A DNA stretch of 32,042 nt from Trichoplax sp. H2 (GCA_003344405.1 NOWV01000242.1:62001-94042), one strand, 5' to 3'; numbered from the stretch's first letter, positions 11,288-24,674 are shown. Numbers and translations are program-made. The notes: generated by a model from the sequence alone, not told the origin.

Positions 11288-14200
11288 TTATGATTCTTGG
11301 CCACATACATCATTTAAGAAATTTTTATAGTAAACAAGATTGACACTTTGCGGCTTGGATTGGTCATTTTCTTGGTCATCCCATCTCTCAGTCGCCAACC
11401 TGTCAAGAGTCTGTTTAACTTTTGGAGGAGTTCTTACATCAACTACAAGATTATAGAAGAGTTTATAAAAGTAAAAGTTTAATTTCACTGGTATCAATGC
11501 AATCTATTATGAATTTCAACTTTTATTTTTAATTCCTATATAACTTTAACTATCGTACAGAAGATAACTGCGTTTGTTTGTAGTGGCTATCTTTTAAATG
11601 TCAACTTACTTGGATTAACTGTCCAGTTGATAAGGTGAATAAATTCATTATAAGATACCATCTCTCTTTTATTATTTGGCATTCTAGTCATGAGAAAGTA
11701 TCATACGTTATCACTGATGTTTATATTTTGGAATATCATAACAAGTAAGGCTTATCATACTGTGTACAGTTGCGTTTTCTATATAAAGCCTTATGTTATA
11801 TTTGAGTCTTAAACGCTACTTGATGATAGTATTTATAATTTCATTTGAAAGCCTGCCGAAAATGAATAGTCAATATGATTAGACTAACCTAGCGATCAAT
11901 GCCCACAGTAAACCGTTCTTAACTGGCAGTTGATGAGATCGGCACAATCTTAACAGTTCATATTTATCTAAGCAGCCACTCCTATAAAAAATTATGAAAG
12001 ATTTCGGATATCAGACCTTGAAACTGAACAATCTTGACTATGAACCTCATATTGAGGGATAATCCAGCAGAACACTTGAATTTCTAAATTAGAAAACGTT
12101 CAATTCATACTAGATTTGTGTAATTTTACTTACCTATCATTATCGTAGTGTGTAAAAATATCCCTTAAGCCTTGGTACCTGTCGTATCCACTCTGCTTTA
12201 ACTGAAAACAAATAATTGCTAAATTAATTGCAGGCCTAGCTTTGAAGAAATTAAAAAGAGAATCTATACTATCTACTGAAATACACATTCAGCAACTACA
12301 AAGAAATTCTTGAATCCATGCCGAGAATATATTTTAATAATTAATAATAACTTAATAAGCTCTCGTTCGGTACTAGGCGTATTTTTGTATATGATGAATA
12401 TCGAGTTTTTTATTCACTCGAAGTTGATTTTATTGAACCAGTAACTATATCACTTACTTGCTCTTGCATAGCTGCCGCTAAATCTTCTATAGTTGTATCA
12501 TCCTATAATTAATTATTAAAATAAAATTAATAATCTTTAACACAATAAATTTTTATAGGGAAATTGCAATAATCTTACTGTATATTTTAATATGAGAAAA
12601 CTTTATTGATTTGGGTTAAACAATAACTGATTAAGAATCTGTAGTGTTTCAGTATTTCTTATCACTCTCTTACTTTGAGAATACTACAATGTGTACTCGT
12701 GTATATAGTAGTTATAGTAAATTATTTAATATCGCACCCGAACATCTCCGTAATATCGCCCAAGAGTCATCAATTCGTGCTCATTCAAAGTATTGCCAGT
12801 AATTTGGCGAATAGCATGTCGTAGCGCTTCATATGGAATTTCACCAGCACCAGTTGGATCATGATTTATCAATAATCCTTTGACTTTCTCTTTATCTGTC
12901 ATGTGATTCCTTAAGACATTTATAATTCGGTTGATATCGGAATATGGAAACTAGAAGCAAATAATATATTCGAAATTTAGATAAAGAGGTCCAGTAATGC
13001 CGTCGCTTAGTTTATAAAAAATGCCAATTAATTTATTGATTGCTATGCAACTGCTTAGTGATGATTGTAGTTTTAACCGTTTCTAACTAGATAGGCTGGC
13101 TAACCTCACGAGCATTTTTCTCCATATATCTAAATGCGTATTCATCAGCATCAATTAGTATAAATTGATGACGATAAAAGATAACTCTTGCACCAATAAA
13201 TAAATCCTATTAATTTAAAAAAAGGTTGCTTGGTTTTAATTTCTGCTCATTAATGACAACTATTTTTAGATTTCACTACGTATTTGACCATTACCACTTT
13301 TAAGATATACGTATATTTCGGTTCTACAATACTTACGTTAGCACTGTAGTAAGTGGTATTGCCTTCTGTACTACGGCTAGGATCAGCCACTCTTCCTCTT
13401 TCAAAAAACTTGCCACCAATGATACCTGCAAATGCACAGGAAAGAAGCACATTTTAATATTTACCTTATCATCCTATTCTAGTTCCTTATTGCATTTTAA
13501 TATACATGAAAACATTCTCAATCAATCTCTAACATCGATTGAGCACGATATTATAATGATGCATTACTCGTTCGCATATTTTCAATTTAAAGTAGTAAAT
13601 CACCGTAGTTACTAATAATGGTTATATATTTATACTTTAAAGTAGCTTTACAGATACAATTTCTAACTTATGAAATATAAATGAAGAAAAATTTTTATCT
13701 TGTAACGTAGGAAGATTGTATCTCCAATTCCTGCTATGCTACTTAAACATGCATCACTCAATTCTCACCTGAATTCCTTTGTGGTGGTTCAAAAACCTTA
13801 ATTGTATCATCCGAAAGAAAGTACGAGACAATGAAACGTCGATCAACATCAATTGGCTTAGCCGTATCCATCTTTGCGTAGAATCGCAAAATGTTGGTCT
13901 CCAAACCCTTTCTGCATTTTACATATAACCATTATAATAGATTCACGTAAATACACCCCATTCTAATATAGCGATACATATACAGCTTTAATGTAAGATA
14001 CTTACCGATCCTTCTCTACGAATTTAATGAAATCTCTTCTCGGTGGTTTTGGAATTAAGCTTAAACAGTTACCCAAGGAGTCTTCCTCAGAACCAAATCC
14101 GTTGTAGGGTGGGTACTGTCTTGGAGGTAAAGGTTGTGGAGGGGCTCGGATTTGGATTGGTTTTATATCTTCTGCAGAGCAAGAATCTTTATGTTAAACA

Positions 14201-16768
14201 CTTATAGTGAACAAAATTTACAATTTCTTATGAACTTAAAAATTAATTATTTCATGGCATATACAATATCTTACTTATTCCATATTTTGTACTGTAATAT
14301 TCTTTGGTGAATTCATCACAGTCACATAGCAAAAATCGTCGACCATATACGTTTAAAACGTTTCCAATAGCTAGATCGCGCTCTGTATAGAAATCGCTAG
14401 CAATAGATCCGGTCTATACGAAAAACACATTTATCAGATACTCATTCGCTTAAGTGTTGTAAAACATAAGGAGATAAAACAAAAATTAAATGACTGGACA
14501 GGTAACAATATAAACTCACCTTTAAGCTATCAATAATATAGCGTCCACCACGGCTAGCTGTGCCAAATACATTTAAGACAGTTCGATTCGTCTTCTCGCC
14601 AGGCTGTAGTAAAGGTGTAGGGCCCCTTGGCAACTTCTGGCGATGGATAAAGATAGATGTGGTATCCCGGCCAGCATTGGGAGGTATAGCTTCACGTATT
14701 TCAATGGTTTCATCAGCTAAGAAGAAGTGTAAGATCATTTCCCGCTCGTCGCCAAACATACTGTAGAGTTACAAAATGAGACAACATTAGCTGTAGACCA
14801 CAGGTCGTAAATCAAGTTAATTGCCAAATAGGTTTTAACAATGTTTACAGCATGTAACTAAATATGTAGCAGTTACTTTTCTGTGTCATCCCATAAGCAG
14901 TAAAAGCGCAAAACATGTCTATCATGTTCTAAGAATTGCTTAAGATTGTCTTCTTTCTCATATGGCCGCCTAGGCTGCATGCTGTCATCCAGCTGGTAAA
15001 AATAATAAATAAATTTAATTGAGCAATTCCAGGTAGAATTATAATTATAAATATAAAATATTTAGATGATGCAAATCATCTTTCTAGGATAATCTATTTA
15101 CGTATAATTCTTGTCTAATTTTTGTTTTATAATGTAGTTTGATATCATTAGCTTTGAATTAATAAAATACGTTTAATTAGAGCATTCTCCTTACTTTTCT
15201 GCGATGTTCAGTGTAAGGATCTTTCGGAGCTCCAATAGGATCATTAAGTTTAACTCCCAATTTTTTTAGAAAATTACGAGTAAAAACATCACAATCCTGC
15301 ATAAAATGACAAAATAGAATTCAGTTCAATCAAAATTGGATTGTGGATTATCAATGAATTATTTGATTTGTCCTAATATTTTGTTATATTCACTTTACTT
15401 ACCACAATTTTAAATGTTTTACCATAAAAGCTGAGTTCGTTTCCAATGTTAAAATGATCCACTGAATAAAACTCGTCGTCATTAGGTGAAGGTAGCGCAA
15501 TACGATGGCGGCGAAGAATAGTGCCTAAACGGTTGTTTTTGTGATTAGGAAATTGGAATCATGCATATGTTTCGTAAACAGACGGCATCATTTTGCATCT
15601 TTATCAATTCTATGATTATTAGTTGATTAAATCCTGTGTATTCTATCTAGGAAATTCTACCTTGTGGCATACCACTGTTTCTTTGCTGTGATTCTACAAC
15701 TTGGATGGTGTCATCTTCCAAGTAAAATAAGACTTTACACCTTTATAAGTTTATAAATTAAATTCATAAGGGTTTGAAAATATATTACAGTATGCAATTG
15801 AATCCTATTAATGCATTAAGCCTTCTCAATAAAAACGCGACGTTATATCAATAATTTATTAATGTAATATAACTGTAAGGCATTACATTCGAATTCTGTA
15901 GTTTTCTTCGCGTCGTTCCTGAACAGCCTCTTGAAAGTAAGCATCAAATCTTAAAACCTGTAAAATAGATAGGTATATACTTTCAACAATAGTAGAAAAG
16001 TGTGCGTTGAAATCATGGATAAAAACCCGTTGTGTAATTACTTGTTTGTCAAATGCGATCCAGGCCGGTGTACTACCAAAACCATCGGATTTTGGATAGG
16101 TAGTAAACTTTGGCTTGAGTTTCTGTCCTTGTACAGGCTCTCCACCTAAATATAGTTAGCATTATTTAACACTGGGAGATTACGCCAAGAATTGAATATT
16201 CTTCATAATAAATTGTAAATTGTCTATCAAGATTTCGTATAGATGCAACAAATTTTAATTAAGTAAACAATTCCAATACTGCGTTCAACTTGCACTATCA
16301 TTCCATTCTGATTTAATCATCATCAGCGTAAAACTTACCGATACCGGGTTTTTCTTCTCCAACAAACACTGCAACGCCATTTTGAAGATCAAACTGATGT
16401 GATTTGCTAAAATTGTTTTTACCAAGCTATAGCACATAGAAGAATTGATGTAAGTGTGTTATTTCAAAGGTTTTAAAATATATTGTTAATATTTTATCGT
16501 AACCATCGTCATTAAGAATATTCATTTCTGTATAATTATTTCGGTGTATTCATTTATTAAGCAATGGATGATTATATTAGTAGCAACGTATTGCCCTTTC
16601 AATTGTACTATCAACCCTCTTAAGACATTTTATAGAGATAAAAAAGGGAAACGTTATCATGCTTTACTAGATTATACATTTACTCTATTTAAAAAATGAT
16701 GATATTAATTTCAGAGTGCTTACATTTTGGTTAAAGGAAAGTCCTGGTAGGAATGGTAAATTACTCAT
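11288..16768 (-). CDS. EFHC2: EF-hand domain-containing family member C2 (Rib72-family ciliary microtubule inner protein; 3 DM10 domains plus EF hands), 20 coding exons, 751 aa
   Basis: Exons: 16768-16724, 16426-16339, 16145-16042, 15957-15887, 15740-15661, 15524-15403, 15296-15195, 14992-14877, 14760-14520, 14413-14275, 14171-14006, 13911-13769, 13425-13337, 13206-13105, 12950-12738, 12502-12458, 12201-12134, 11981-11889, 11683-11610, 11442-11288. All are GT-AG and in phase (2256 nt). N-terminus MSNLPFLPGLSFNQN..EKPGIGGEP..PAWIAFDKQVLRFDAYF. DM10 motifs FYLEDDTIQV, HFFLADETIEI and SYFLSDDTIKVFEP; PPYNGFGSEEDSL; EF-hand loop DNDRSGCLDKYE. The EKPGIGGEP and PGEKTNRTVLN segments favour EFHC2 over EFHC1. 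Confidence 0.94.
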
Positions 16769-17120
16769 GATTTCTTGCCTATCGTTGTTGATGATTGCTG
16801 ATAGTTAAAACTGTAACTGAAGAAATTAACGAATGATCCAAATTAAAATTAAGTAGAAATACTTTTAGGCCTAAATAAGATCGCAACAGCACCCTAATAT
16901 TCAAGTAGAATCGATCCTGAAATCATCAAGACTCTTAATTTACCTGCAAATTGTTTCAAAATTACTTGTATTACTCGATTGCAATATGGTATATAATTCA
17001 GAGATGATTAGTGTGTGAGATGACAGCATTTAACGTAGAAGTGTAGCAAGTAGCCAAGGCGTTAGTCTTCTATACAACTTTCATACAAGTTCCAATACGG
17101 GCTAAAGTAATAGCATTTTG

Positions 17121-17218
17121 GTCGACATGGCAACTGAGTCAGCTAAGGGACTATTTGTTGACAGTGTGGCTTCGTGTTGCTTAGATACGATGGCTACAGT
17201 GATTTCCAGCTTGTTTAC
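17121..17218. promoter_or_regulatory. Two RFX X-box-like sites and a forkhead (FoxJ1-type) core upstream of EFHC2
   Basis: GTCGAC-AT-GGCAAC at 17121-17134 (one mismatch to RTHNYY-WT-RRNRAC), GTTGCT-T-AGATAC at 17176-17188, TGTTTAC at 17212-17218. They lie about 350-450 nt upstream of the ATG, beyond a probable 5'-UTR intron (donor about 16943, acceptors 16811/16817). Confidence 0.6.
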
Positions 17219-17233
17219 AGTGAATTTTATAGC

Positions 17234-17302
17234 TACAGTACTGTACATTGTGTAGTATTGTACTGTACTGTACTGTACTGTTGGAACGAAAACTGATGTC
17301 AC
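17234..17302. repeat. Second (TACTG)n tract, in the divergent EFHC2/prepropeptide intergenic region
   Basis: tacagtactgtacattgtgtagtattgtactgtactgtactgtactg followed by CTGATGTCAC at 17293-17302. A 16-bp perfect palindrome TTTACTGTACAGTAAA lies at 17400-17415. Confidence 0.8.
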
Positions 17303-17647
17303 TAAAAGTGATAGGATTAGCCTATCGTTCCAATAATACTCGTATAAGAAGGCATCCCATAGGTGACATTCATAGTGCTAGCTATACTGCGGTCTCATGT
17401 TTACTGTACAGTAAATAAATTTCGAAACTATGGGTGATGTTTAAACGAAAGTGATGTCACTTAAGAGCATAAGAGAACATATCACTTAGGTGACATGCAT
17501 AGTGCTAACTGTATAGTATTTGCAAACATGCGATGCGATTATGCTTTCAACGAAAAATAATTCTCACTGGAATATATATATTTAGCCATATTTTTACCAT
17601 TACTTCTGTCAAGAACGTATCACAAAGGTGACATCAATAATGCTAAG
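17285..17647. repeat. Degenerate local repeats carrying GTGACAT cores
   Basis: AGGTGACATxxATA(G/A)TGCTA at 17361, 17488 and 17626. AACGAAAxTGATGTCACT(A/T)A-like copies at 17285 and 17444. Confidence 0.65.
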
Positions 17648-17862
17648 AGACCCTGATATCATAAAACATGGAGTACTTTCACGCATAAATAAAGACAACG
17701 GCGATATTCTATAGATCACTTCTCTTTGAGGCTGGTCTATCCAGACAATATTTATAATAAATTATATTATATTATATCATACTTATTCTACTCTAATATT
17801 ATCTATAACGTAGATTTATTTAATGTTCAAACCAAGATACAAGTCTAAATACGTCATGATCT

Positions 17863-18122
17863 CAGCTTATTACAGGAACTGCGTACCTTAAAAGTATGGC
17901 AATAGTCTGCAGTGCAAGATTATATGACGTAGAAAAGTCGATTTTTAACCTAATAAATTATTTGCAGCCTATAATGATTTCACTAGATTAGAATCGTCAG
18001 TTTTTAACCTAATAATGTAATTGCAGATTGTTGTGATTGCAGCTTATTACAGGAATTGCCTACCTTGGAAGCCTGTCAATAGTCTGCAGTAACAGACTGT
18101 ACGGCGTAGAATAATTGGTTTA
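17863..18122. repeat. Degenerate direct duplication (about 80-90 bp, about 177 bp spacing)
   Basis: CAGCTTATTACAGGAAxTGCxTACCTT...CAATAGTCTGCAGT...GCGTAGAA/ACGTAGAA starting at about 17863 and about 18040. TTTTTAACCTAATAA also occurs twice (about 17942 and about 18002). Confidence 0.75.
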
Positions 18123-18794
18123 AGACTATTAATTAATTATCAGACATAATTAGTCAATACTGCTAAAGACAGCAATTTCCCTGCGGCTAATTTTAGCTGT
18201 ATTATGGAATAGGAATACTTTCTCTTATGACCAAAACAAATGGCTCAAAATGCCATCCCCTTCTACCACTTGCCTTTGCAATAAACGTTGTATGCAAAAA
18301 CGAAGAATTGACAGGCAAATAAAGTATTGAATGATATTATGATATTTATTGTTACAAGTTCTATATCTATCACGTAGAACTTTACTATTACTAATGCGCT
18401 TGTCTTTCGTCAAGGTGCTGGCTATCATACTCATAGCTAAGCATATTAACGTTGTTAAGTGACTGAATGAACCATCCTAATTACCATTCGTAAACTATCG
18501 GAAGATCTAGCTCGCATACTGTCACTAATCTGTAAGTAGTAGTTGAGAAAACGAGGATTATTTTAATTGCAATAACGGAGCTAAGGCCAAGATAAAGTTT
18601 AAAGTCTTCTCCAGCGTAGCCATTCAATCAGATAAACAATGACACCTTTCCATCACACTATAGACAATAACCAGCCACAAATAGAGAAGGGGGCATTCTC
18701 GAATAGAGTATATTTGCGTAGCGGTCCTTAGTAAAGTTGCCGATTCATGATATTCTTTCTAGTCAGAAGCAACAACCTGTAATATCATTCTCTA

Positions 18795-19025
18795 CACCCA
18801 TCCCATTTTGAGAATTTGATTGATAGAGATACAGAATGCTGTACCAATTCAATTGCATTACTTATACAACAGTTTACAAGCTGTAGGATAACATTACCGC
18901 AACATCATTATTGTCACCCGTCCCATTTTATGAATTTGATTGATAGGCAAACAGAATGGTGTGCCAATTCAACTAGGTTACTTATACAGCAGATTAGATG
19001 CAGTAGGATAATATCGCCGTATATT
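18795..19025. repeat. Tandem duplication with a 120-bp period, just upstream of prepropeptide gene 1
   Basis: CACCC(A/G)TCCCATTTT..GAATTTGATTGATAG..ACAGAATG..CCAATTCAA..TTACTTATACA..GTAGGATAA starting at 18795 and 18915. A CCAAT-box-like cagccaatca follows at 19071-19080. Confidence 0.85.
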
Positions 19026-19299
19026 TCCGATCATACCACCTTGTGCGTAGGAGAGACGAGCTCCTATTTTCAGCCAATCAGTCGACAAGCCATCAACTGT
19101 TCATCATTTAACGTCTTCTGGTTAAACTTGTTTATAGCTTTGTGGCAGGATTGTGATATTGTACGTGAAAGATAAACATGTAAAGATGATATGCCATAAT
19201 TTGATCATTAAGATATAGGATCAGATAGTTATGCACTACACGTAAGGACCGTTTTGATCGAATATTTATTGAAAACAACGATTCTTTATAGAACAAACT

Positions 19300-19905
19300 A
19301 TGAAAGCAAATTGGACATTAATCGCTATTAGCGCTATATTACTTGTTGCAACCATTTTGGGTCCTGAACAAGAACGTCAAAGTATGGAGCAGCCTGAATC
19401 CGAAGATGAAGACTATTTCTATCCTGATGATGTCGATGATCCTGATCAGGGAGAACCTAGGGGATTACCATCACGGAAAATGTATTCGGGTGGTACAACC
19501 AAAAAACCACGAACCTCGAAAATGGTAAGAATTAAAACATCGCTTTCGTTGACACCAAATGCTCCTTTACGCAACATCCATATAGTTATAATAATCGTAT
19601 AGCCATAAAATCAAACTACAGTTATAATTTTAGCGATGACGAAAAATTCATACGAATAGATCACTATAATTTAGGTTAGGCCTCTACTAAAGTTAACTAA
19701 GTAGAAATATTACGGCATATCATTTCGCTAGGGTAAAATAACTTTTAATAATGATATCTCAATTGCTTATATAGCAATTTCATCTTGCTTTATTGTCATT
19801 CTTAAATGACTATATTTACTTTTAAAGGGATGGGGTATGGATCGTTTGATGGCCTATGTGCACAAATTATCCAATTTGTTTAAATCAAAAATGAAGAAAA
19901 AATAG
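19300..19905 (+). CDS. Secreted prepropeptide 1 (100 aa): signal peptide, acidic propiece and cationic amphipathic C-terminal peptide; candidate antimicrobial peptide precursor
   Basis: Exon 19300-19524 (MKANWTLIAISAILLVATILG signal, acidic EQPESEDEDYFYPDDVDDPD, basic linker) ends ATG|GTAAGA. Exon 19828-19905 follows the acceptor tatatttacttttaaag and encodes GWGMDRLMAYVHKLSNLFKSKMKKK*. The join is phase 0. A 5'-UTR acceptor lies at 19291. Confidence 0.75.
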
Positions 19906-22900
19906 ATTATAGGCCTTAAAATTTACGCGATGGCATGATAACCGCTTTAAATTGGATGATGCTACTCACCGTTAATTTCATGTCGAATTTAGGCCAGTTT
20001 AGTTTTATAACAATAATATTGGATTGATCAATTTTATGGATAAAAGTCAGATCTTAATTTATTAGCCATTCTTTGTTTTTTCGAGATATTTAAATAGTTA
20101 TTACCTTGTAGTATTAGTCATTCTATTATAGTACTATTTTAATGTTATGGTTCTGTAATGTATTGGAGAGATTTATAATATCACATTCAACGATTTAGCC
20201 ACTATATTTATAACGTACTGGAAAATTAAATGATACGTAACGCTTCGTATAAATTTTAGAGTAATTTAATTCACTCTTTTTTGTATGCATTGGATCATAA
20301 CGCGATATTGGTATTTACTCTAGTGCTTACTTCTTAAAATAACCTATATGCTATTCATGTAGGTATAGATATGTATGTAGCTATCATTGTAAATATGACT
20401 AGTAATGTTGGATAAATTTATAAATAAAACAGTATATCATTCTGTATGGATCCATGGACATATCATTCATTAGCCATATTCAAAATGACTATATTAATAC
20501 TTCAAGCATGTTAGCAGCTGAGATATGCCATTTCACACAGTTGCAAGCTAAGTTGACTGGATTGATCTATTCTCAACAGATATTAGCATCTGCTATGAGT
20601 AAATATAGAATCGATGTAACTCCATCTACATGCAAAAATATCATCTAACGATGCAAATCTCTTATGATATAACGAAAATAGTTTTATCATGTCTAATTTA
20701 TGTAATTTACTTGCTTATCAAAGAAAATATGCAAGGCACATCTAGTATCCTCTTTACTACTCTAGTTGAAATGCTATATTGGCTTCATACATTTTACTTT
20801 TCATGCGATCTCTATTAGTGGTGTTAATGACTGTCAACGATGCAAAAGTGTATTTGCTGTTCGATAAACCAACTTCTACTGGTAAAATAAGGTGATAGTA
20901 GATAGATTTAAGAAGTAATAGACAATGTACTTTTGGTAATAGTGGATGAGTCTACTAATTTGTTTAGTACGTATTGTAAATACAAATTGTAGAGTCTCAC
21001 AGCACAAAAGTACACCAATTTCTATTACTGATAGCCAATAATTATTAGTAGCGTACCGGTAGTTCTTACCATTTATCATAATGAGCTCGATCGATTCGAT
21101 ATTTCTGTTTCCATTTTCAAGCTATTTGATTACCTACTACAAGTTTATAAACAAGGAGCATACAATATAAGAGAAACAAGTATAAAAAATTACAGATTAA
21201 TGGGAAAGCCCATATCATGGCAATGCTTAATTGGTTAAATGATTGTTCAAAAATTATACCGTATCTTTATCCTTAAGGTTACCTTCTTTACAAATTTATT
21301 ACAAGAGATAGAAAATCAATTCTAAATTATAATTTGTATTTTATAAACTAGCATGGTACCCTTTCGATAGAAAAAAGCTACTGAGAAGTAAGCCTTGATG
21401 ACTGCATTTATTTGCAGTTATATATTCACTCTATTTAACAATTGAGCTGGTTAAATAGCTTCTTTTTAATAATTATAATTGTTGTACCTGTAAGAAGGTG
21501 TATAAGAAATGACCTCCCTTAATCGGGTGAAACGCTGTAGTTACTTGCTACCATGGTTCTCATACATTACTTAAAGCAATAAACTTTGCTCCTGTTGGAA
21601 GGGTAAAATATTATATGCAAAATTACTGAAAATAAATAATATCTATTTTCTAATGAAGGATCCTTTGAATTAAGGATATAAATTTTTAATAAAATGTACA
21701 GGTATAAAAAGTAATTGACCTGTCATTACACCTTAATAGTTTGAATCTCTATGCTATAGGCTACCAATATTCGTTAAATATATCAAATATTGTGCAGCCT
21801 ATGATTCATCTCCATTACTTTTTTCATGAGAGGTATTAAAATAATAATGTCGAAAATCATAGTCATAAAGTGCTATCTAGTTAGGATGAGCTTAACGAAT
21901 AGCTATCATTCGACATTGATAGTACATAAATAAAGGCTCAAAGTAAGCATATTAATAAATCTAATGCTATACCATGAAGAATTTGTGATTGATTAAGTAA
22001 TATATCTAAAGTTGTACAGTTAAGGATTTGTGGCTGATTAAGTAGAGTAAAAATAAATATGAACTGGCCGATAGGTCTACAATTTTTAGCCTAGAGTCAA
22101 ATCAAAACTGACTTGACTAAAACTACCGGAATTGTAAAGTGTCCATAGTTCTTCATTCTAGTTACTAAAAGTGAGTTAATATATCAACATTTGCTGACAT
22201 TATGACGTACAATATTTCGAAAAATTTCTGAATATCTTACTATGATGACTATGTATCGAAATGAAAATCCCACTAGAAAGATCAACATATATACATAAGG
22301 AATAGTTTATGAGAATGTAGATAAAAAATATTTATCTAAGACCAAAATGAATCGTTTGATTTATTTTAAGTATATTAATTAAAGTTAAATTTTTATGCTT
22401 AAATTACTGCAATCCAGGGGAAAAGACAAACAGCGATTAAGCTATGAAGCCCTCTAGCTTTATCTGTCATATAAATTATTTCACCGCAATTAATAATTAA
22501 TAATTTTATTATTGTTTTAAATATCATTTTTATTGTCAGATATCCTTTCACATTGCCGTCGTAGTATAAGGTTTTTAGTATCATTGTGTTTAGAGTAATT
22601 TCTTTGTGCGAGATTGAAGTGAATTAAAATAGCTTTGAATAATCATTTTACCATGAAACGACAATCGACTTTTCATAGATTATTTCCCATTTAATTCATA
22701 AGAAATATCAATAAAATAATGCTATAATCCACATGAGACAGATCTAGACTAGTAAATATAATAATCTAATGATAGACGAAAGCAATTAGAAGATTAAGTA
22801 TATATATAGCTATTGTTAATTATCGAAAGCACTTGCATATTATGTATTTTACCGTATTCTTTCACATGAAAAGTATAGAATTTATGATTTATACCTACGG

Positions 22901-24674
22901 AAAGAATAAATCTATATTTGACCTTTTCATTACCTTAACATGAGATAGAGAGGAGCTACCACCATAGGTAGTGGATGAAGGTATTATGATTTATTAGTGA
23001 AATGATAGGATGTTAACAATGATGAAGCGCAAATCTTATTTATGGAACGGCAGTATAGTACTAGAGATAAAAAATGAATGATTCTTTATAAGTGATCTTT
23101 GTATAATTAAAGGTAAGTATAAAAACCTAACTCTAGCTTGTTCTAAATGAATACATAATGATTTATAGACGAAGTTTCGGAATGTAAACAAGATGAGACT
23201 CAAATCTTATTAATAGTATACGAGTAGGACTAAAGGTGGTAGATAATTTATATATGATCCTTATAAACCATCTTGCATAATTAATACCGGTAGTAACATC
23301 CGAATATCTATGCCTATATTGTTTATTCAAAATTATTAATTCAGGATTACTTTCGTATTTACATACAATCTAAACTACTCTGGATATGTTACGTTCAGAA
23401 TTATAATCAGTAATTCGGTATCATTATTTATTTCTATAAATAAAACAAAGACGCAACATCATAAGCAACTAGTAATGAAATAATCATTCGGAAGTTGTAT
23501 CAAATTGTTTATTCATTTTATGAGTAATTTTTGAAGGTGTTATACTGTATATCAAAGAAAGCACTCCTTAACATTATGTCAACCAATTAATTTACTAAGT
23601 AAATCTGCCCCCATGACCAAAGCCGTTTCATCTGAAGCTTTGGATTATTCATCTGATTCTTATCGTGGCCTAATTTCATATTCCACAATGGTAGGCTATT
23701 GCTATTGGCATCACAGTTTGATAATCAATAGACTACATATATTATGCTTTCGGTCAATTATATTATTACTCATTAATGGACAATATTTCGGTCCATCTTG
23801 CTTAAAGGCTCATAATGATATTTTGGCAGATTATACAATTTAGGTACTGAATGGATCTATCCTTTTCTAGCCTTCCGTATTGCACTCAGCTAAAACTAAT
23901 TTTAAAAGCTCCATTATGCCCCATTACTATAGCAGCTACCGGTACTATGAAGGCCAGAAAATGGTCTTATGGTACTATTCTATAAGCTAATATTCGCAAT
24001 TTACCCTAGCACTCGAAATTGTCCGAAGACCATCTTATAGACTCCATAGCAACGATAACTGCTAAATTATTCAATCCTTAGTGATATTATTAAAGTACTC
24101 TTCTATATTTAATACTGCGTATGAACTAGTTGATTTCAATGTGATTATAAAATATCTTCAAGCGTTTACCATGTAAAACAGTACTATGGTAATAAAATGC
24201 TATTCTTAAATCACCGTTAAAGTCTTTTAAAATTAACCGCTGCTATCCTAGAAAAGACAATACATGCATTAGCAATTAACAAATGAAGTTACTCAGTTGT
24301 ATTACGTTTATCTATATCTAGAAGAATAATATATGAATAAAATAACATTTCTTTTTTGTCTTAGCAAAAGTATTCAAGTAGCTAAATCTCCACGAAATTA
24401 CAAACATTTTACTTTGTCTCATAATAAGGTACGAAGTGATTAGTAGTGAGTTTGATTACGTGTAGTAATAAAATTGACAGGTCTTATTGGTAGAAGTAAG
24501 TTAGTTTTTTACTAACAAAATTGTGTTTGCAAGTATATATTGAGTACGGATCACATAATAGTATGAATCGATTAACAATATTGTGTCTTATTTACTTTTG
24601 AAATTAACTAGCGTAAGAAATGTATCGATCACTGTCTAACTTCTCTCTTTATGATTACAGGTGCAAATAGGAAA

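Noticed and set aside
17285..17647. Spaced repeats superficially like a CRISPR array
   Set aside because: Eukaryotic context, degenerate copies, irregular spacing over 100 bp and no cas genes.
18816..19175. 119-aa ORF with an internal 40-aa repeat
   Set aside because: It has a non-ATG start and reflects the 120-bp DNA duplication. Differences between copies are largely non-synonymous and no domain is recognisable.
19525..19602. C-terminal tails of the ORF-track proteins 19300-19602 and 24651-24917
   Set aside because: Both run through consensus donors into introns. The ATG at 24651 lies upstream of the acceptor at 24660, so 24675 is the better start.
20000..24600. Searched for further prepropeptide paralogues between the two peptide genes and in 25200-27200 and 28400-31700
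   Set aside because: No signal peptide plus acidic exon or convincing exon chain was seen by eye. The short ORFs look like AT-rich noise, though small exons could have been missed.
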